NCBI GenBank assembly: GCA_963710755.1
Contig: CAVQBK010000005.1
Span: 32,001-96,000 of the forward strand
Direction of reading: 5' to 3'
DNA length: 64,000 bases
DNA from: an uncultured bacterium
Lineage (GTDB): Bacteria > Oederibacteriota > JAAXVQ01 > JAUVAV01
Both the position numbers and the translations under genes were made by a program. The notes under the pieces are model-generated. The model was not told the DNA's origin. It worked only from the letters and a program-made list of their open reading frames with translations, and made no database searches. This document shows positions 59,475 through 64,000 of this stretch, piece after piece (position 1 is the first letter of the stretch; the number at the start of each line of letters is the position of its first letter).

Positions 59475-60729
59475 AGCGTATCGCTTCTACGGGATCTAAT
59501 TTGGACGCTTGCCAAGCAGGATAAACCGTTGACAACAAACACACTGCAAACGTAATGGTGGCGATCATGATCACATCCTTGGGGTCCGTGGCCACCGGCA
59601 AAGTTTCAATATAGTAGACGCTGCCGCCCCCTGGAATTTTAAGCGGATAGAGTTTCAATAGCAGGCAGGTGATCAACCCGCCGGCCAAACCCAGGAGGGC
59701 GCCGCCTATACCAATAAGGCCACCTTCGAGCATGAAGAGGCGCCGGATGGAACGCTGATTTGCACCCATGGCCTTAAGGATACCTATATCCTTTTTCTTC
59801 TCCATCACGACCATTATTAAGGTAGAGGCAATGTTAAAAGCCGCCACCATGATGATCATAATCAAAATAATAAACATTACGATTTTTTCAGTGTGCAGGG
59901 CCGTGGCCAAATTCCGATTTAAGGCCATAAAATCCCGGGCCCAATAGCCAAAAGCGTGATCCTGCAATTCAGCCGCTACTTGACGGGCATTCTCCAGGTG
60001 GTCGACTTTAACGGCCATACCATTGACCGTATTGGGTTGTTCAAACAGCAGTTGAGAGGTGCTCAAAGAAACATAGGCAAAGGTAGCATCGTATTCGAAC
60101 ATCCCCATTTCAAAAATGCCGGTAACCTTCATGGTGGTCACTTTGGGAGTCATGCCAGCTGCGGTCATTTTGAACACCGGCGCCACCACGGTGATGGTAT
60201 CCCCCGCCAGAACCCCCAATTTCCTGGCAACTTCCGCGCCTAGAATGATACTACGTCCCCGCAGGGGATTGTCCGGGTATTGGGGCGGAGCGTTCAAACT
60301 GCTCAGCTTCCCCACTTTCATATGCTTGTTCAGTTCCGTGACCCGGGCTTCCTTGACTGGATCAATCCCCCAGAGCAACACGCCTTCCACATGATGACCA
60401 TTCTTCAGCATGACCTGATTGGCCAGATAGGGAGAAACCGCCACCACATGCTTGGTCTTGCGAACTTTGGTCAAAAGTTCCTGCCAATCCTTGATGCCGC
60501 CTTGATCATAACTGGCGATCATCACATGTGCTTGGGCGCCGATAATTTTTTCCTGAATATCCTTTCGAAAGCCATTCATAACGGACATGACCACAATCAG
60601 GGCCATGACCCCCAAGGCCACCCCGGCTATGGAAAGAATGGAAATAAGGGAGATAAAGCGCTCCTGACGCTTTGATTTTAAATAGCGTAATCCCACAAAC
60701 AATTCAAAGGGCAGTTTCACACCCGCCAC
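59467..60729 (-). CDS. Lipoprotein-releasing ABC transporter permease (LolC/E family)
   Basis: RYL.S...FIS.IS..GVALGV.ALIVVMSVMNGF, EK..MF, DIGILKAMGA, YPAWQAS.LDPVEAIRYE. Confidence 0.95.
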   Translation of the reverse strand: MAGVKLPFELFVGLRYLKSKRQERFISLISILSIAGVALGVMALIVVMSVMNGFRKDIQEKIIGAQAHVMIASYDQGGIKDWQELLTKVRKTKHVVAVSPYLANQVMLKNGHHVEGVLLWGIDPVKEARVTELNKHMKVGKLSSLNAPPQYPDNPLRGRSIILGAEVARKLGVLAGDTITVVAPVFKMTAAGMTPKVTTMKVTGIFEMGMFEYDATFAYVSLSTSQLLFEQPNTVNGMAVKVDHLENARQVAAELQDHAFGYWARDFMALNRNLATALHTEKIVMFIILIMIIMVAAFNIASTLIMVVMEKKKDIGILKAMGANQRSIRRLFMLEGGLIGIGGALLGLAGGLITCLLLKLYPLKIPGGGSVYYIETLPVATDPKDVIMIATITFAVCLLSTVYPAWQASKLDPVEAIRYE

Positions 60730-60759
60730 CTCACCGTGCGCTTATTTTGCAGGGCCTGC

Positions 60760-62274
60760 TTACTGGGCATGGTCGGCACTCTCTTCCTCATCCGTCTGCG
60801 GTAAAGATGTCAGCTGACGTAACTGGGGAAACAAAATGACATCGCGAATGGAAGCTGAATCAGTCAGCAACATGACCAGACGGTCAACACCAATGCCCAG
60901 CCCTCCGGCGGGCGGCATGCCGTATTCCATGGCGCGGATATAATCCTCGTCCATACGCTGGGCTTCATCATCACCCTGTTCCCGCTTTTTGAGCTGGTTC
61001 TCAAAACGCCGGCGCTGTTCCTGAGGATCATTCAGCTCGGAAAAACCATTGGCGTATTCATGGCCCGCGATATAAGGTTCGAAACGATCGGCCAGATGAG
61101 GCGCATCGGCTTTTTGTTTAGCCAGAGGCGACAGTTCAATGGGAAAATCCACCACAAAGGTAGGCTGGATCAGGTTGCTTTCAACCAATTCTTCAAACAG
61201 CAGTTCGATCAACTCCATTTTCCGGGCATGCTCGGGTATCTCCAGCTTATGGTTCCGGCACAATGTCCTTAGTGCCTCTTCATCCGCTTCCCAGGTGTTG
61301 AGGCCAACTGCTTCATTAACGGCTTCCACATAACCAAGCCGCTTCCAGGGCGGGGTAAGATCAATGGGTGTCCCTTGATACGTGATGTTTGTGGTTCCGT
61401 GAATGCGCTGGGCCAAATGGGCAATCAGGGACTCGGTGAGCTCCATCATGGCTTCACCGTCCACATAGGCTTGATAAATTTCGATCATGGTAAATTCCGG
61501 ATTATGCATGGTGCTGATGCCTTCGTTGCGGAAGTTACGATTGAGTTCAAAAACTTTTTCAAAGCCGCCGATCAACAGGCGTTTCAAATAAAGTTCAGGT
61601 GCAATGCGCATGTACAAATCCCGGGACAAGGCATTATGATGGGTCATAAAGGGCTTGGCCGCCGCACCGCCGGGAATAGGTTGCATCATGGGTGTTTCCA
61701 CTTCCATAAAGCCCCGTTGCTGCAGGTAATCACGGATTTCACGGATAATCTGAAAGCGGCTGCGGAAAGTTTTTTTGGAGTCCTCGTTGCTGAGCAAATC
61801 CAAATAACGCTGGCGGTAGCGGACTTCCACATCCTTAAGCCCGTGCCATTTTTCCGGCATGGGACGTACAGCCTTGGCCAACAGTTCGAAAGCTTCAACT
61901 TTGATGGTTAATTCCCCGGTTCTAGTTCTGAATACGGGCCCGGAAACACCGATAAAATCACCCACATCCAGGAGCTTAACCAGCTTGAATTGATCTTCCG
62001 TTAAATCATTAGCCCTAAAGTAAACCTGCAGTTTACCGCTGTCATCCAACATATGGGCAAAGACTGTTTTGCCATGCCCACGGTAAGCCAGCACCCGGCC
62101 GGCCACCGCAACTTTTTCATTCGAAAAGGTCTCTCCACTCAAGTCGGCAAATTTTTGGTTAACTTCCTGAGCGCTATTTTTCTGCGCATATTTATAAGCA
62201 TAGGGCACGATCCCCTGGTCACGCAGCCCCTGGATTTTTTCCAAACGCTGTTCGATAAGTTCTTTTTCCGACAC
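60760..62274 (-). CDS. lysS: Lysine--tRNA ligase (class II)
   Basis: RYRQRYLDL, GGAAAKPF, LYMRIAPELYLKRL, FRNEG, HNPEFT, YGMPPAGGLGIGVDRL. Confidence 0.98.
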   Translation of the reverse strand: MSEKELIEQRLEKIQGLRDQGIVPYAYKYAQKNSAQEVNQKFADLSGETFSNEKVAVAGRVLAYRGHGKTVFAHMLDDSGKLQVYFRANDLTEDQFKLVKLLDVGDFIGVSGPVFRTRTGELTIKVEAFELLAKAVRPMPEKWHGLKDVEVRYRQRYLDLLSNEDSKKTFRSRFQIIREIRDYLQQRGFMEVETPMMQPIPGGAAAKPFMTHHNALSRDLYMRIAPELYLKRLLIGGFEKVFELNRNFRNEGISTMHNPEFTMIEIYQAYVDGEAMMELTESLIAHLAQRIHGTTNITYQGTPIDLTPPWKRLGYVEAVNEAVGLNTWEADEEALRTLCRNHKLEIPEHARKMELIELLFEELVESNLIQPTFVVDFPIELSPLAKQKADAPHLADRFEPYIAGHEYANGFSELNDPQEQRRRFENQLKKREQGDDEAQRMDEDYIRAMEYGMPPAGGLGIGVDRLVMLLTDSASIRDVILFPQLRQLTSLPQTDEEESADHAQ

Positions 62275-62372
62275 CTTGACTCTCCTTCGCTACTCTGATG
62301 CCAAGCCCTGGCGTGCCCCACACCGGGCTGCTCAGTATTCGTTCTTTTATCACCAATAAAAAAGAATGGCAT

Positions 62373-62402
62373 AGTCTAACAATCTTTACTTGATCCTGTC
62401 AA
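62373..62402 (-). promoter_or_regulatory. Putative sigma70 promoter of the lysS operon
   Basis: Minus strand TTGACA-N18-TAGACT with a TG extension, about 100 nt upstream of the lysS start. Confidence 0.55.
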
Positions 62403-62423
62403 TGATTGGCTTGACGGACGGAC

Positions 62424-63983
62424 TTAAGGGTTCTGGTTTTGACGAATATAGATCTGGGCGCCGGCTTCGTCTTTCCATAATTTAAAATGAGTATTAAATT
62501 TGATCCGATTCATGGCCTGCAAATACTGATTTCTGGAAAAAGGCCAAATATTGCCCTTGAGATGGAAAATGATGATATCCGGTTTTTCCTCGAAACTGTT
62601 CATGCCCAACACCCGCACCCGTTGGCTGTGACCAATGTGGGGGGCAATGTCCGCCTGGGCGTAAACCAGACCGTGCCCGGGCAATTTTGTCAGCAGGCTT
62701 GACAGTTGCCGATATTCGGGTTTAAGCGCAGGCCATGGCAACCAATGGACATTGAATACTATTAAAAATAGCGCGCTGCCCCAAAGCCAGGGTGCCCGCC
62801 GGTTATCCAGCCTGATCCAGGTAACCCATCGGCGCCAAGCATATATCAGGGCTACCATGGTCAAGGGAATCACCGGTGCGGCGTAATAGGTGTAAAGATG
62901 CTGCTGCATGATATTACCAGAGGTTAATTGAACCCATAGCGCCGGCAAGGAAGCCCAACCCCACAGGGTGAACAGCGGCAATCCCAACAAAGGCAGGTAA
63001 AATTTCCACAGCGCCGGCCTGAACAGAACACCCAAAGCCTGCAGGGGATGTGCGGCCATGCCCACGATTATTCCGAAAAGCCCATTGCCATAGTTGGCCC
63101 AGTTTTGGAACGGCTGATACCCCCCCTGGTTGGCTGGGAGCAAAATAACAAGAGACAGCACGCCGGCCGCAAAAGCAATGGCGGCTAAAAGCAGGCTACG
63201 TTTGCGTTCCCCTTTCAGACCAATAGCCATTAGGGCAAACCAGGCGGCCATATAAAACCCAATGTCTTCCTTAATCATCAGACAAGCCACCAGCCATCCC
63301 CACAAGGCCCAGCGGCGGTGGCTTAAAAACGCGTCCACCAGCATCAACATGAACAGCGGTGCAAACAACTCCACATGAAAGTCCGTCAACCCCAGACTAC
63401 GGGTATAATAGAAATTAAGGTAGACGAAGATGATGAGCAACCGTGCCCAAGGTTCCAGGCCCGCCTGTTTGGCAATACGATGCAGCGGGAGCACAGGCAG
63501 CACCAACAGCAGGCTTTGCAGCAAAAACAGAAATCCGGGGTAATTGAACAGCTTGCCCAAAGGCACCAACACTAACAGAAGGGGGGAAAAATGATCGACC
63601 AGGAGGCTTCTTCCTAAAATCGGAGAATACAGGCGCCAACTGTCCAGCGCCTGGAGGTAGATGGTCAAGTCTTTGGCGTAGGTGTTGAAACTGCCCTGCT
63701 CAAAAAAAAGGCCAAAATAATAAAGCACACCATAACCGGCGGCCAGGCAAAAGAGGATCAACTTTTCATTATAGTCAGGCAGTTGAATCTGTTTTTTGGC
63801 CAAACGGCTGGCAGTGATAAATGCGGCCAGCCAGATGATGCTTTTGATAAGGACCTCCAAACCTGCCTCCCATGCTTGCCAACGTAGAATGGTCGTCCAA
63901 TCGTACGGTTCAAGGTTCCCGGACCTCACCGTCGTCGGGTTGATGTCATTCCCAATACGCCAAATCCCATTCCCAGGCATCAA
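62424..63983 (-). CDS. DUF2079-family polytopic membrane protein (GT-C-like)
   Basis: DLTIY.QA, DHFSP, DFH, KED motifs with many TM helices; start position uncertain. Confidence 0.8.
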   Translation of the reverse strand: MMPGNGIWRIGNDINPTTVRSGNLEPYDWTTILRWQAWEAGLEVLIKSIIWLAAFITASRLAKKQIQLPDYNEKLILFCLAAGYGVLYYFGLFFEQGSFNTYAKDLTIYLQALDSWRLYSPILGRSLLVDHFSPLLLVLVPLGKLFNYPGFLFLLQSLLLVLPVLPLHRIAKQAGLEPWARLLIIFVYLNFYYTRSLGLTDFHVELFAPLFMLMLVDAFLSHRRWALWGWLVACLMIKEDIGFYMAAWFALMAIGLKGERKRSLLLAAIAFAAGVLSLVILLPANQGGYQPFQNWANYGNGLFGIIVGMAAHPLQALGVLFRPALWKFYLPLLGLPLFTLWGWASLPALWVQLTSGNIMQQHLYTYYAAPVIPLTMVALIYAWRRWVTWIRLDNRRAPWLWGSALFLIVFNVHWLPWPALKPEYRQLSSLLTKLPGHGLVYAQADIAPHIGHSQRVRVLGMNSFEEKPDIIIFHLKGNIWPFSRNQYLQAMNRIKFNTHFKLWKDEAGAQIYIRQNQNP

Positions 63984-64000
63984 GACGTAAATTTTTATGC

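Noticed and set aside
20941-64000. Numerous 60-210 aa antisense or alternate-frame ORFs inside housekeeping genes
   Set aside because: They are shadow ORFs of well-supported genes and have no recognisable motifs.

Overview
Chromosomal window from an anaerobic diderm (LPS-making) bacterium, probably a deep-branching or candidate-phylum lineage (inferred from mcsA-mcsB-clpC sitting inside an outer-membrane biogenesis operon and an lpxC-fabZ fusion). Left to right: (1) 1-7.5 kb, an AT-rich accessory tract with a type I R-M locus (hsdM-rhuM-hsdS) coupled to an RloC-like ATPase cut by the window edge, plus a GT-C glycosyltransferase. (2) tRNA-Arg(TCT) and tRNA-Pro(TGG), separated by a frameshifted DUF5674-like gene pair and a 424-bp array of eight hairpin units that each reiterate the tRNA-Pro 3' end. 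(3) A + strand cluster of hdrA-mvhDGA group 3c [NiFe] hydrogenase and hypABFCDE, with no hdrBC in the window. (4) A long minus-strand housekeeping run. It includes recJ-cimA-murI-[queD-queE-2-hydroxyacyl-CoA dehydratase-like-activase]-rph-rdgB; an unexplained five-gene cluster (beta-propeller lipoprotein, HAMP pseudo-cyclase, J/TPR protein, lidless Hsp70, degenerate MshEN-PilB ATPase); smc; and lysS-lolC/E-lolD-mcsA-mcsB-clpC-tamB-bamA-skp-lpxD-lpxC/fabZ-lpxA-lpxI. The best candidates for new biology are the queDE-linked dehydratase/activase cassette, the five-gene Hsp70/pseudo-enzyme cluster, the tRNA-Pro-tailed hairpin array and an apparently kinase-dead McsB. All family calls come from motif recognition by eye; no searches were run.
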